Shown here piece after piece: positions 38,512 to 48,480 of a stretch of 64,000 bases of DNA. Within the stretch, counting starts at the first letter, position 1. The number at the start of each line of letters is the position of its first letter. Source of the DNA: a virus (taxonomy: Duplodnaviria > Caudoviricetes); IMG/VR virus record IMGVR_UViG_3300028602_000007, positions 32,001 to 96,000 of that record, one strand, 5' to 3'. Below the pieces are notes generated by a model, which saw only the letters and a program-made list of their open reading frames with translations, was not told where the DNA came from and ran no database searches. The translations under genes were made by a program, and so were the position numbers.

Positions 38512-40071
38512 TTATATGCTATTTAAAATATCGTCATGCGTTTTTCTACTATAAGAGCCAGCACTTGAATCTTTTGTAAAATCTAATGGATTATCAAAAT
38601 TTTCATTGTTAGGAATAGATTGAATACTTAATTCATCAATAGGAGGCTTTGTTGTTTGTATAGTAGTATATTGAGCACGCATTTGTTCTTCTAATGATAT
38701 TATCTCATCATCATCTGAATAATATTCAGAAGCTGGATCTACTTCTTCAATTAATTTAGAATATTCATAATCTAATCTAAACATCTTATAACTTTCAGTA
38801 TATCCGCCATCACGGTTTGCAATTAGTTTAATTTTCATACGTCTTTCCATTGGACCTCGCATTAATCCAAATAAAGTATCTACTGTATGAACTAGTCCAA
38901 ATGATTCAGCAACGTCATCCATTCCTAAATCTTGATCATTAACTGCCTCTCTTTTAATTTGAGTAGCTGATATTATACACCATTCATTTCTAATAGCAAC
39001 TGCTCTAAGTTCTTCAGATATTGCTTTAATTTTACCATAACTTCCTTCTTGATCCTTTAGTGGCCGCATTAAGTTAAGATAGTCTACTACAATTACTTTA
39101 AATTTAAATCCTTTATTTTGTTGAACTTTCAAAAAATAATTTTCAATATCAATCGCAGAAGCAAAACCTGCACCAAATTCTTTTACTTCAAGCTCTCCTA
39201 AATTTTCTCTAGTTTCTCTAAGATTTTTTATTTTCTTAGCAATTCCGGATTCATCATCCTTTCCTAAAAAAGTATCATATTCTTTTGTTTTAACATCAAG
39301 TATCATAGAACCTAACCGTTTCATATATTTACGATCAGATAATTCAAGAGTAGCAACACCGATATTATTACCTGATAAAAAAGCTCTAGCACTAATATTT
39401 GATAATACCATTGATTTACCGACCTTAGGCCGACCTTGAAATATAACTAAAGTCTTAGGATTCCAACCTCCATCTAATACTTTATTAAAAAAGGGAAATC
39501 CAGTAGGAGTTCCTATTTTTGATAATTGTATATGATCTGCTGCATTATAAAAACTTAAACCTGAATCAGAGCTAGTAAATGATAAATTTAACTTATCATT
39601 AAATTTTGTTCTAACTTCGTTTGTAATTAATTCAACATTATTAGGATTAACCTCAGTTGTTTTTAAATACGATAAAGTATCTAAAACTACCTCATTTAAA
39701 TTTTTATAAAAAACAAAAGATTTTGTGTATTTTACTAAAAAGTCATAAGTGTATTCACTTAAACTAATAGCAAATGACTTTTCAAAATCATTATCTGAAA
39801 TATCTAAATTTGCAAGGTTTGCAAGTTCTCTAATTTCATATTTAGATGGAACTTTATGATATTCTATAAAAAATTTTTTAATTTCTCTATATAAATGCTG
39901 TATTGTATTATCATTAAAATAGTGAGATTTTATTGCTAATAATACTTCTCGTTTATCAAGTTCATCACTATTAACTGGACGAACTACAATATCATTATCA
40001 TCTGGAGAAATAACAAAATTAAATATTAACCGCTCAAGTAATTCAATATTTTCTTTAAAGTCTATAACCAT
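38512..40071 (-). CDS. gp41: replicative DnaB-like helicase
   Basis: PTGF, GRPKVGKS, TLELS, VVDYLNLM, SATQ, AESFG. Confidence 0.92.
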   Translation of the reverse strand: MVIDFKENIELLERLIFNFVISPDDNDIVVRPVNSDELDKREVLLAIKSHYFNDNTIQHLYREIKKFFIEYHKVPSKYEIRELANLANLDISDNDFEKSFAISLSEYTYDFLVKYTKSFVFYKNLNEVVLDTLSYLKTTEVNPNNVELITNEVRTKFNDKLNLSFTSSDSGLSFYNAADHIQLSKIGTPTGFPFFNKVLDGGWNPKTLVIFQGRPKVGKSMVLSNISARAFLSGNNIGVATLELSDRKYMKRLGSMILDVKTKEYDTFLGKDDESGIAKKIKNLRETRENLGELEVKEFGAGFASAIDIENYFLKVQQNKGFKFKVIVVDYLNLMRPLKDQEGSYGKIKAISEELRAVAIRNEWCIISATQIKREAVNDQDLGMDDVAESFGLVHTVDTLFGLMRGPMERRMKIKLIANRDGGYTESYKMFRLDYEYSKLIEEVDPASEYYSDDDEIISLEEQMRAQYTTIQTTKPPIDELSIQSIPNNENFDNPLDFTKDSSAGSYSRKTHDDILNSI

Positions 40072-40072
40072 C

Positions 40073-40411
40073 TTATATTAATGTATAATATTTTTTAATT
40101 TCTGAGCTATTTATGAAAAACTGAGAGTCTTCTTTTTTTAAAACAGAGGATTCTATTAAGTCTCTTAATATTTCTTTAATCATTGAAAAAAATTGATCAT
40201 TTTTTAAATTTTCTCCAAAAACATATTTTAGAGTTTTTGGAGAAAATTTAAACTCTTTTATTGGATTTAATTCATTAGATTTATCATTTTTCAATAAATA
40301 TGAAATAATATCAAACATAAAATCTTGATGAGTTGGATATGACAATAATTTTTTATGTACATTTAGTTCATATTTAATTGGTAAATCTTCATTAATTTTA
40401 TAATTCATCAT
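40073..40411 (-). CDS. hypothetical protein
   Basis: 112-aa ORF between uvsX and gp41. Confidence 0.55.
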   Translation of the reverse strand: MMNYKINEDLPIKYELNVHKKLLSYPTHQDFMFDIISYLLKNDKSNELNPIKEFKFSPKTLKYVFGENLKNDQFFSMIKEILRDLIESSVLKKEDSQFFINSSEIKKYYTLI

Positions 40412-41609
40412 CTTCTAAATCACCAACTGCTTCAAAATCTTCAGACTCTAATTCTTCTAAACCAGCTAAAGTATCTGGATATTTAAAAGTTGGTTTAATT
40501 ATTTTTTCGTCTAATTCTAATAAAACGTCCTTTGTAAATACTCTATCTGAGAAAAAATGTTTAACTGGAATTAATTCACCAGTAAATTTATTTACATAAT
40601 TTTTAGCAAGAGAACCTGGCATAAAATATTTGGTTTCATCATTTACTTTAAATTCTGAACACTTAGTTTGATCAGATTCTTTTAATTTAGAAAATTCGTT
40701 TTCTGTTAATATTTTACCTCGACCAATTCCACAATTTTCCCAACTAACATATTCTTGTAATCCAACATACGGATTCATGCCTTTTTGGTGAGAAATATGA
40801 AATTCAATATCAATCGGTTTAGCTAATCTATTTTTTCTGGTTTTAGACCTAACTATAATACCAGTCACGGTTGTTTTATCTGCACCGTCTTTTAATTTAC
40901 CTTTACTTAGCATCAATATAATAGAGGCTGCAAATTCAGGACCACCGCCTCCTTGCGGAGTCTTTCCAGTATATTGATCAGTTCCTTCATAAGTATGATT
41001 AGTAAAGATAAATGGAACATATAAGTTAGATAATTCCAAAGTAAAAGCTTTGAATAAAGCCCTAAGCTCTTTAGCCCTAAGTCCCATATCTGCTGCATTT
41101 TTTCCTTTTTTAATATCTGACCTAGACTTATCTGTATCTAATTGCCCTAGTGAATCCACAAATAATGCAATTTTTAAATCTGGATTATCTGACCTAAGTT
41201 CTTTAATTGTTTCAATGATACCGTCTATAAAGAATTTGATTTCACTAATCAAACCAATTCTATAGTATCTAAGCATATTAAGATCACAACCAAACTTTGG
41301 ATAATCGGCTGAATCAATTGCTCCTTCTGTATCTACATAAAATACTAAATACCCACTTTTTTGTAATTCTCTAACTGCATTTAAACATAAAAAGGTTTTT
41401 CCAGCTCCAGAATCACCAGCCATTCCAATACTTCTAGTATTAGGGTATCCTCCGAATAATGATCCTGATAATTGAGCATTTAACAAATAATTACCAGTAG
41501 AAATATATTCACTAATATCTGCAAATCCTTTTAATTCAAAATTAGAACTTACGCGTTTTTCTAATTTACTAGTAAACTTATCAAACGCACTAATTGGTGT
41601 TTTTGCCAT
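40398..41609 (-). CDS. uvsX: RecA-like recombinase
   Basis: ISTGNYLLN, GDSGAGKT, DTEGA, VDSLG, DMGLRAK, TNHTY, GGGG. Confidence 0.93.
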   Translation of the reverse strand: MAKTPISAFDKFTSKLEKRVSSNFELKGFADISEYISTGNYLLNAQLSGSLFGGYPNTRSIGMAGDSGAGKTFLCLNAVRELQKSGYLVFYVDTEGAIDSADYPKFGCDLNMLRYYRIGLISEIKFFIDGIIETIKELRSDNPDLKIALFVDSLGQLDTDKSRSDIKKGKNAADMGLRAKELRALFKAFTLELSNLYVPFIFTNHTYEGTDQYTGKTPQGGGGPEFAASIILMLSKGKLKDGADKTTVTGIIVRSKTRKNRLAKPIDIEFHISHQKGMNPYVGLQEYVSWENCGIGRGKILTENEFSKLKESDQTKCSEFKVNDETKYFMPGSLAKNYVNKFTGELIPVKHFFSDRVFTKDVLLELDEKIIKPTFKYPDTLAGLEELESEDFEAVGDLEDDEL

Positions 41610-41661
41610 AAATTTTTATAATTTTTTATATACTTATTGTATATAAAATAAGATATCAGTT

Positions 41662-42264
41662 TTACTGAAAATATGAAATAAGAAGAAAAGTAGAACCTAA
41701 TATAAAAACATCAGAATAATCACCATTTACTATTTGATGAAATCCTACTTTAATGATGTCAGACGAATCTTTAATAAAATTAAATTTTGATAAATTAGTA
41801 GTAAAATCAATATTTTCACCTGGCCTATTAATTTTTGTTAAATCGATTGCATAACATTTAACATTTGAATAAATTGGATCATTTATCGATAATGGACCAA
41901 TATAAAAAATCTCATCTTCTCCCAGTCCCTCTTCTTCTAAATTTAAACCAGCTTCCTCTAATAAAACTCTACCAACTGCATCATATGATGTATTATCTCT
42001 ATTAAAATCAATTATATCCATAATCATAGTTGAAATAGATTCATCTTTTACTGGGTCAGTATATTTTTTAATATAAATATTTGATATACTATTATCTTGA
42101 GTTCTATCAAATGGTATGATTAATATATAGTCTTGAATAACTTCAATTTTTTTAGTTGAAATACCGTCTCGACTTAATTCGATAATATTTAATTTTCCAT
42201 CAATTAATGAAGAACTATTTTTAGTTATATTTCCTGGAATAAGAGGGTTTGTATTATTTTCCAT
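41662..42264 (-). CDS. degenerate Nudix-fold protein
   Basis: ILIIPF strand and AVGRVLLEEAGL (partial Nudix box, lacks the leading Gx5E). Confidence 0.5.
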   Translation of the reverse strand: MENNTNPLIPGNITKNSSSLIDGKLNIIELSRDGISTKKIEVIQDYILIIPFDRTQDNSISNIYIKKYTDPVKDESISTMIMDIIDFNRDNTSYDAVGRVLLEEAGLNLEEEGLGEDEIFYIGPLSINDPIYSNVKCYAIDLTKINRPGENIDFTTNLSKFNFIKDSSDIIKVGFHQIVNGDYSDVFILGSTFLLISYFQ

Positions 42265-42952
42265 CAGATTTAGTATTTTTATCTAATCCTAATAATTTAT
42301 AAACAGCTAAATTAACAGAATCTAAATTTATATTACTATTTATATAATTAGATAATTTGTTAGTAAATTCATCTTTATCTTGAGCGTTATTTAGCATCAT
42401 TTTTAAAAGATTTTTATCTGGAAGCTTTATGTTTAATTTTAAAGATATTTGAGTATCTTTTACTTCAAACATTCCAAATAAATCAAAATCATTAAGAACA
42501 TTTTCATTCTTCGCCAGAGGTTCTATACTTTCAAAATCAATAGACTGTAATTTATTTAATTCTGAAATTGGTTTATTTATTAAATCGTTTGATTTTATAT
42601 TATCAATAATTTCATTATTTATTGGTAAATCTTTTAAAATTGCATCAACGTCTAACCTTGGTTCTTGATATATAGATAACACCTCAGTTTTAGACAAAGG
42701 CTGTTGATTTTCATGTATTCTCATTAGTACATTATCTAATGCACTAGTTTCAATTGCAATCCCATCTGATAATTTTGCATAATATAATTGAATATTACCA
42801 GTTAGTGTATTTTTCCTTTTACCTGGAATAATATCTAAAACTTTAACAAGATTTCCTAATTTATTTTTATCTTGTGGTTTTATCCACTGATATTCGTTTC
42901 CTTTATATGCATCGTTTAGACGCATTAGCTCGTCCATATCAAATTCAGCCAT
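42254..42952 (-). CDS. hypothetical protein
   Basis: Likely start MAEFD at 42952 (A-rich leader) within ORF 42254..42985. Confidence 0.6.
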   Translation of the reverse strand: MAEFDMDELMRLNDAYKGNEYQWIKPQDKNKLGNLVKVLDIIPGKRKNTLTGNIQLYYAKLSDGIAIETSALDNVLMRIHENQQPLSKTEVLSIYQEPRLDVDAILKDLPINNEIIDNIKSNDLINKPISELNKLQSIDFESIEPLAKNENVLNDFDLFGMFEVKDTQISLKLNIKLPDKNLLKMMLNNAQDKDEFTNKLSNYINSNINLDSVNLAVYKLLGLDKNTKSDGK

Positions 42953-42968
42953 TTTATTTTTCTTTTTT

Positions 42969-44357
42969 TTAAATTTTAATTTCATCTAATACTAATTCTA
43001 ATTTTGCCATTTCCGACTTTATATCAACACGTCTTTGATATAGTCTAGTTAAAATAACTCTAGCTACTGAATCTTTATTATTAGAAAATAAAGTATCATT
43101 CTTAGTAAAAATTATATTATCTGGTATAGGATCGTTTAGGTTTTGCATTTTCCCCAAATATACGTCAGGCGACATATTAAATTGTATAGTTAAGTTTGGG
43201 TACATTGATGCAAAATCATCTAACATTATATACTTATAATATCCAGGAATCGGCTTCATAACATATGCACCAGCATATGTAGAATCTTCATCTAAATCTC
43301 GTTTATCATTTGCTAAAAATTTACCATTTGCTAAAAATTCTCTACACATTAATGTTTCTGTAATAAAAACTGCACTAAATACTCTAGATACTTCAATATT
43401 TGCAATAATAGAAATTGCAAAAGCAACATCTAATAATTGTAATTTATCATCAATTAATTTAACTAAACAGGTATCAATAATATTGTATTTTGCAAAATTA
43501 AAAGTATCTTGTTGCGCTTCTAGCATTGTAGAATAATCAGTCTTTAATTTAGTTATTCCAAGAACTAGTTCTGAAATATAATCTAATTTATAATTTTCAA
43601 CAACTTTATACGGTTTAGTATTCATAAATACTTCCATATAATCAAGAAGCCCTAAGTGTAATGGCATTTGAGATTTACCAATTAATTTATTACTTGTCAT
43701 ATTTTTCATTGGCTCAATTTTTAACCGTTTTGCACGATTAATTAAATATAACCAGTCAAACCCAATAACATTCCAACCTGTTAAAAATGACATTCGAGGT
43801 AAACATTTATGAAAAAAGAAAGTTAACATATCTATTTCTTCCTTAAAATAAATATAATTTAAAGTAAACTTAGTATTTATTTTACTTTTTAATAGATATT
43901 CATTAACTTCATTAATCATTTGAGATTTAGCATTTTTATCAAAATCTTCAGTTGTTGATAATGTGAAAACTACATTATTTTCACCAACAAACGTAATTAA
44001 ATTTACTTCCATTAATGCTTTTGATGGTTCTGGAAAATCTTGAGATTCTAATTTTATCTCAATATCTAAAAACGTTCGATTTGGGCTGTTTTCTGAATAT
44101 AATGCTGACTTTTCAGCATTAGTTAATCTAGATTGAATTAATTCTTCTAATCTAAACCCACTTGGCCATTTAGTTGGAGCTTTTCTTAAAAACCGATCAT
44201 CCCAATTCCTAAATTCAGTTGGATTAGTAGTAGTTACCCAATTAAATTGGTCTGCTTTTGGTATTGGTTTTTTAATAAATGCAATATTACCGTTATTATC
44301 AAAATATGATGCAATTAACGATGATGATTTTTCATCAAATTCTTTACTTATTATCAT
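42969..44357 (-). CDS. gp43: family B DNA polymerase, N-terminal half (3'-5' exonuclease plus motif A); split gene
   Basis: ExoI DIE, ExoII GWNVIGFD, YKLD, ExoIII YNIID, YAGAYV, motif A DFASMYPN; stops before motif B and YGDTDS. Confidence 0.88.
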   Translation of the reverse strand: MIISKEFDEKSSSLIASYFDNNGNIAFIKKPIPKADQFNWVTTTNPTEFRNWDDRFLRKAPTKWPSGFRLEELIQSRLTNAEKSALYSENSPNRTFLDIEIKLESQDFPEPSKALMEVNLITFVGENNVVFTLSTTEDFDKNAKSQMINEVNEYLLKSKINTKFTLNYIYFKEEIDMLTFFFHKCLPRMSFLTGWNVIGFDWLYLINRAKRLKIEPMKNMTSNKLIGKSQMPLHLGLLDYMEVFMNTKPYKVVENYKLDYISELVLGITKLKTDYSTMLEAQQDTFNFAKYNIIDTCLVKLIDDKLQLLDVAFAISIIANIEVSRVFSAVFITETLMCREFLANGKFLANDKRDLDEDSTYAGAYVMKPIPGYYKYIMLDDFASMYPNLTIQFNMSPDVYLGKMQNLNDPIPDNIIFTKNDTLFSNNKDSVARVILTRLYQRRVDIKSEMAKLELVLDEIKI

Positions 44358-44631
44358 TTTTTATATTTCTATTAACATATGGAGCTGAATCTAAATAATC
44401 GAATGCAAAATTCCGTCTAGCCATAGATTTACTAATTTTTAATTCTTTAGATATTGTATCAATTGCCCAATTATACCATTCATCATGTTGATCTTGTGTA
44501 ACCGGAAATAATTTAAACCAATCAGGTGTTCTAATTTCATTTGGGTATTTATTAATAATACTAGATACAGTTATATTATGATATTTTTTGAGCCACCAAT
44601 TAAGAAAATCTTCTCTTTTTAATGTTTTCAT
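44344..44631 (-). CDS. hypothetical protein
   Basis: Probable start MKTLKR at 44631, directly after the dut stop, within ORF 44344..44709. Confidence 0.55.
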   Translation of the reverse strand: MKTLKREDFLNWWLKKYHNITVSSIINKYPNEIRTPDWFKLFPVTQDQHDEWYNWAIDTISKELKISKSMARRNFAFDYLDSAPYVNRNIKNDNK

Positions 44632-44632
44632 A

Positions 44633-45085
44633 TTAATTATTATTTGTTGAACCAAATCCGCCTTCTCCACGAATAGAATTAGACGGAAACACTTCATCAA
44701 GAGTATCACAAAATTCTAAAGTTGCATGAATATATGGTAATAAAATAAATTGAACAAGTTTATCACCTGGATTTATGTGTACATGTTTATCTCCAGTATT
44801 ATATACATGTATATGAATTTCTCCTTGATAATCACTATCTACAACTTGAGCACCAACTACTAACCTTTTTTTAGTAGCTACTCCACTTTTATTAAATGCA
44901 ATTAGAGCCATGTTATCTGGAACATTTGCTCTAATTCCACTAGGAATCAAAACAGATCCGCTCGGTGGGATTAATAAAGATGGGCCAATATCCGGAGGTA
45001 CGAAAAAATCAATACCTGCTGATCCAGGAGTTCCATACTCAGGATCCTTTACTTCTCTAGTTTTAAATATTTTAAGTTTTTCCAT
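44633..45085 (-). CDS. dut: trimeric dUTPase
   Basis: SAGIDF, KSG, VVDSDYQGE, LVQ, RGEGGFGST; probable start 45085. Confidence 0.93.
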   Translation of the reverse strand: MEKLKIFKTREVKDPEYGTPGSAGIDFFVPPDIGPSLLIPPSGSVLIPSGIRANVPDNMALIAFNKSGVATKKRLVVGAQVVDSDYQGEIHIHVYNTGDKHVHINPGDKLVQFILLPYIHATLEFCDTLDEVFPSNSIRGEGGFGSTNNN

Positions 45086-45218
45086 AAAAAATTGCATTTT
45101 AATCATCTTTTATATAAAATATATAAATAGTTTACGTTTAGATACGCAATACTTTGATAAATAAGATAAGATACAGTTTAACATTTCAAAAAATATTAAT
45201 TTTTGAAATTAAAGATTG

Positions 45219-45226
45219 AATAAATA
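45219..45226 (+). promoter_or_regulatory. T4-like late promoter for the tail sheath gene
   Basis: AATAAATA. Confidence 0.65.
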
Positions 45227-45249
45227 ATCAAAAATAATAACCGCATACG

Positions 45250-48200
45250 ATGGCAGAAAAATTAAATCTGAACAATTATAAGTCAAGTGGTGTATACACG
45301 ATAGAAGTAGATGAAAGTCAAAATCTTTCTTTACCAATTTCGACAGGTCGTCTTATTATAGGATCTAGTAAAAAAGGCCCTATCAATTCAGTAGTATTAA
45401 TTGATAGTACAAGAACAAATAGACTTATTTATGGAGAAACTGATACTAAATTAGAGAAAAAAGGCAGCTACTTTCATAGAACAATTGATGTTGCTCTAAG
45501 AGAAGGTCCTGTTTATGCTATGAACGTTTTACCAGTAGATGATGACGATACTGCATATTATACAACATTCAATACTGAATCTGGATCAAATAATTCAGTT
45601 TGGAATGCAACTCGATATAACGATTCAATGTCACATTTCTATAATACTCAAAAATTATGGTTTGCTGATGGTGATATGGTTAATAAGTGGAAAAATATTA
45701 ATTTAGGAGACGACTACTTATTAAATCCGTCAACTCACGGAAGTGCTGATAAAGATGCTAATAAAATTTTAACATTAGTTAATTTATCTAGAAAAGACAT
45801 AACTGCTTGGGTGAGATTAGCAAGCGTATCTGGATATGATATAACAGTTAAAGAATATTATGCATTACTTGGAAATGATACTCAAATTCCTGAATATTTA
45901 AATATTGATGATTTTGTTAAAGATTATTTTATTGAAGTTATTGTAGTCGAAGGAGATTGGACAAATTACCAATCATTATCTAGCGATCCAGTATATAGCG
46001 AATATTTTAATGCAGATGGTATTATAAATTCAAAAATTGATGAATTTATTGCTTTACGTGAAATAACTTTATATAATCAATCAATTGGGTGTATTATTCC
46101 AGAATTTAGAGATTTAAGTAATACTATTGTAGCAATAGATACTGTATTTAATCGTAAATTCGCTCAATCTGGTATATACTTAGCAATTGATTATAATAAA
46201 ATTGAAATGATGGATTTATCAAATTCAACATTTGATAGCGGATCTTCTACTGAACCTATTGAAAATCAAAGACTTGATTTGATTGGATATGGTGTTGATG
46301 ATTTAAATATTACATCTGGTTTAAATGATACTTATACAATTGATGATGGTATAACTGGAACAAATGCAGTTGCTTTAATTGATATATTAAGTTACAAAAA
46401 ACCTATCGATTCTACTTACCATTTTAAATTAGATACTTATTCTGAAACATATGCTAATAATAAAACTTATATAAGTGAAGTTGGTACAATCATTGCTACT
46501 GAAAATTCTAAACTTTATAATGCATGGATGAATGGTTTCATAGAGAGCGGAGATATTTACTATTTAGTTGATACTCCAGCTACTTATTACTTAGGTTGTG
46601 ATGGTGTAATATACACACAATCTGAGACTAGTATTAATTATATAGTTTTTAATGTATATAAGGATATTACTAGAATATATCAAGAAACAAGATGGACCGC
46701 TGATAATGATTCAACTACAGATGATGATTATTTGAAAATTGAAAAATCAAACGCAAGTGCAGCTGATGCATATAAAAGAGATTTTGATTTAAAAAATGAA
46801 AATTATTTCTGTGCAACTACTTCAACTTCTCAATATTCATATCAAGCACCAAATGTAATTACATTTACACTAAACGCAAGATTATATGGTAATCCTAATA
46901 AAAACGAAACTGCTAATACTGCGGTAGGATTCCCATATGATTCAGCTAACCGTGCAGAAATTGATGAATTCTTTAAAGTTGGTCGTTATATAAAAGCTAG
47001 AGTAACTACAGGTTCACAGCGTAATAGAATGTTAAGAATAGAAAGCGTATATGCTCAAAAAATTACAGATTCATCATATGGACCATCGGGATCAGCAATT
47101 ACTACTTTAAAATACACAGTAACAGTTAAAGCACCAAATGATCCAAATACAATTGGTGTATATTTTGATACAACAAATGATCAATTTAAACTTAGAGTAT
47201 ATAAAGGAATACCAAATTATGCAACAAACTTAGTTGGTTATAAAATACCAGCTATGGTATTAGATGATATTAATTTATATCCTAATGGTACTGCTGCTAT
47301 GCAAAACACAATTATGGATTTCTTATTAAATTCAAGTAATTTGGGCGAAACTATTTCAGATAATGAAACTTTAGATATTAGATATTTAATAGATTCATAT
47401 GAAGGTCAGATTTATCCTGGTTCAAAACAACAATTAGCACAAATTGCAGCAAATCATGGAAAATTATTAGTTATTGCAAATGCTCCATCTTTTGCACAAT
47501 ATGAAAAATCAGTAGATCCAAGTTTTATTGATTTACCTACTCGATTAATTTCAACTGAATTTATTTCTACTGGTGGAGATATTAGTTCAAATCCTGAATT
47601 TTTATTTAAATTTGCAACTGGTGAAAAGAATGGAATTCCATTATCTTCATATACTTCATATTTTATGCCAAACATTGTAATTTATGAAAATGGTAAAAAT
47701 AAATCTATTCCACCTGCAATGTATGTAGCTAATGCATATATGAAAAAATATAATAGTGGAAATACTTTTTCAATTGTTGCAGGAAAACGTGGAATTTTAT
47801 CTGATCCTGAAATAGTTGGAGTAGAATATGATTTAACAAACACAGATAGAGATTATTTAGAACCAGCTGGTTTTAACTTAATAGTTAGACGTAGAGGATT
47901 TGGTGTTATGGTATTTTCAAATAATACTGCATACCAAAAAGTTAATTCTGCTTTAAATAACATTCATGTTAGAGAAGCACTCATTACGATTGAAAAAGAT
48001 ATAGAACGAATATTATTAAACTTCTTATTTGATTTTAATGATACTGTTACACGAATGAGAGTTAAAACTATGGTTAATAATTACTTGGAAGCAGTTAAAG
48101 ATGCTAGAGGAATTTCATGGTTTGATGTTATCTTTGACGATAGTAATAATGGAACTGAAGTTCTAGAAAATAATGCAGGCGTTGTTGATATTTTAGTTGA

Positions 48201-48300
48201 TTTCCCAAGAGGAATTCATAAATTCATAAATAGAATTACAAGAACAAGAGTAGGTGGAAAACTTTCTTCACAATCTACTGGATTTACTCCGTCATTCTAA
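45250..48300 (+). CDS. gp18: tail sheath protein
   Basis: SSGVYTIEVDES, KGPIN, IPPA, AGKRG, SALNNIHVRE, FLFDFND motifs; late promoter 45219-45226. Confidence 0.93.
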   Translation: MAEKLNLNNYKSSGVYTIEVDESQNLSLPISTGRLIIGSSKKGPINSVVLIDSTRTNRLIYGETDTKLEKKGSYFHRTIDVALREGPVYAMNVLPVDDDDTAYYTTFNTESGSNNSVWNATRYNDSMSHFYNTQKLWFADGDMVNKWKNINLGDDYLLNPSTHGSADKDANKILTLVNLSRKDITAWVRLASVSGYDITVKEYYALLGNDTQIPEYLNIDDFVKDYFIEVIVVEGDWTNYQSLSSDPVYSEYFNADGIINSKIDEFIALREITLYNQSIGCIIPEFRDLSNTIVAIDTVFNRKFAQSGIYLAIDYNKIEMMDLSNSTFDSGSSTEPIENQRLDLIGYGVDDLNITSGLNDTYTIDDGITGTNAVALIDILSYKKPIDSTYHFKLDTYSETYANNKTYISEVGTIIATENSKLYNAWMNGFIESGDIYYLVDTPATYYLGCDGVIYTQSETSINYIVFNVYKDITRIYQETRWTADNDSTTDDDYLKIEKSNASAADAYKRDFDLKNENYFCATTSTSQYSYQAPNVITFTLNARLYGNPNKNETANTAVGFPYDSANRAEIDEFFKVGRYIKARVTTGSQRNRMLRIESVYAQKITDSSYGPSGSAITTLKYTVTVKAPNDPNTIGVYFDTTNDQFKLRVYKGIPNYATNLVGYKIPAMVLDDINLYPNGTAAMQNTIMDFLLNSSNLGETISDNETLDIRYLIDSYEGQIYPGSKQQLAQIAANHGKLLVIANAPSFAQYEKSVDPSFIDLPTRLISTEFISTGGDISSNPEFLFKFATGEKNGIPLSSYTSYFMPNIVIYENGKNKSIPPAMYVANAYMKKYNSGNTFSIVAGKRGILSDPEIVGVEYDLTNTDRDYLEPAGFNLIVRRRGFGVMVFSNNTAYQKVNSALNNIHVREALITIEKDIERILLNFLFDFNDTVTRMRVKTMVNNYLEAVKDARGISWFDVIFDDSNNGTEVLENNAGVVDILVDFPRGIHKFINRITRTRVGGKLSSQSTGFTPSF

Positions 48301-48315
48301 TTAAATATTTTAAAT

Positions 48316-48353
48316 AAAAAAAAAAAGGACTTCAATATGAAGTCCTTTTTTTT
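48316..48353. terminator. bidirectional intrinsic terminator
   Basis: A-run, GGACTTCA/TGAAGTCC stem, T-run. Confidence 0.9.
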
Positions 48354-48356
48354 ATT

Positions 48357-48455
48357 TAGGCTGACTTTTGTGAATAATTAAATTTCTTTAAATATAACTA
48401 CTTCTAAGTTAATATACAAACGCCAACTCCACCACTCGGTTTAAGTCCGAGAACT
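48357..48455 (-). ncRNA. candidate structured small RNA
   Basis: Hairpin CUCGG/CCGAG, then a long stem UGG(A)GUUGGC-G-UUUGU / ACAAA-A-GUCAGCCUA with G-U pairs on the minus strand only; ends at the terminator. Confidence 0.4.
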
Positions 48456-48480
48456 ATTATTATTTAAAATTTTTTTATAA

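Noticed and set aside
42254-42985. Frameshifted continuation of the DNA polymerase
   Set aside because: The overlapping ORF has no PolB motif B or C and has its own plausible start at 42952
48357-48372. ACAAAAGTCAGCCTA (minus strand) resembling RNase P RNA conserved region V
   Set aside because: Region is far too short and lacks the GAGGAAAGUCC conserved region I
48420-48435. CTCCACCA resembling a tRNA-Ala/tmRNA 3' end on the plus strand
   Set aside because: No matching acceptor-stem 5' strand and no T-loop (GTTCRA); pairing works better on the minus strand
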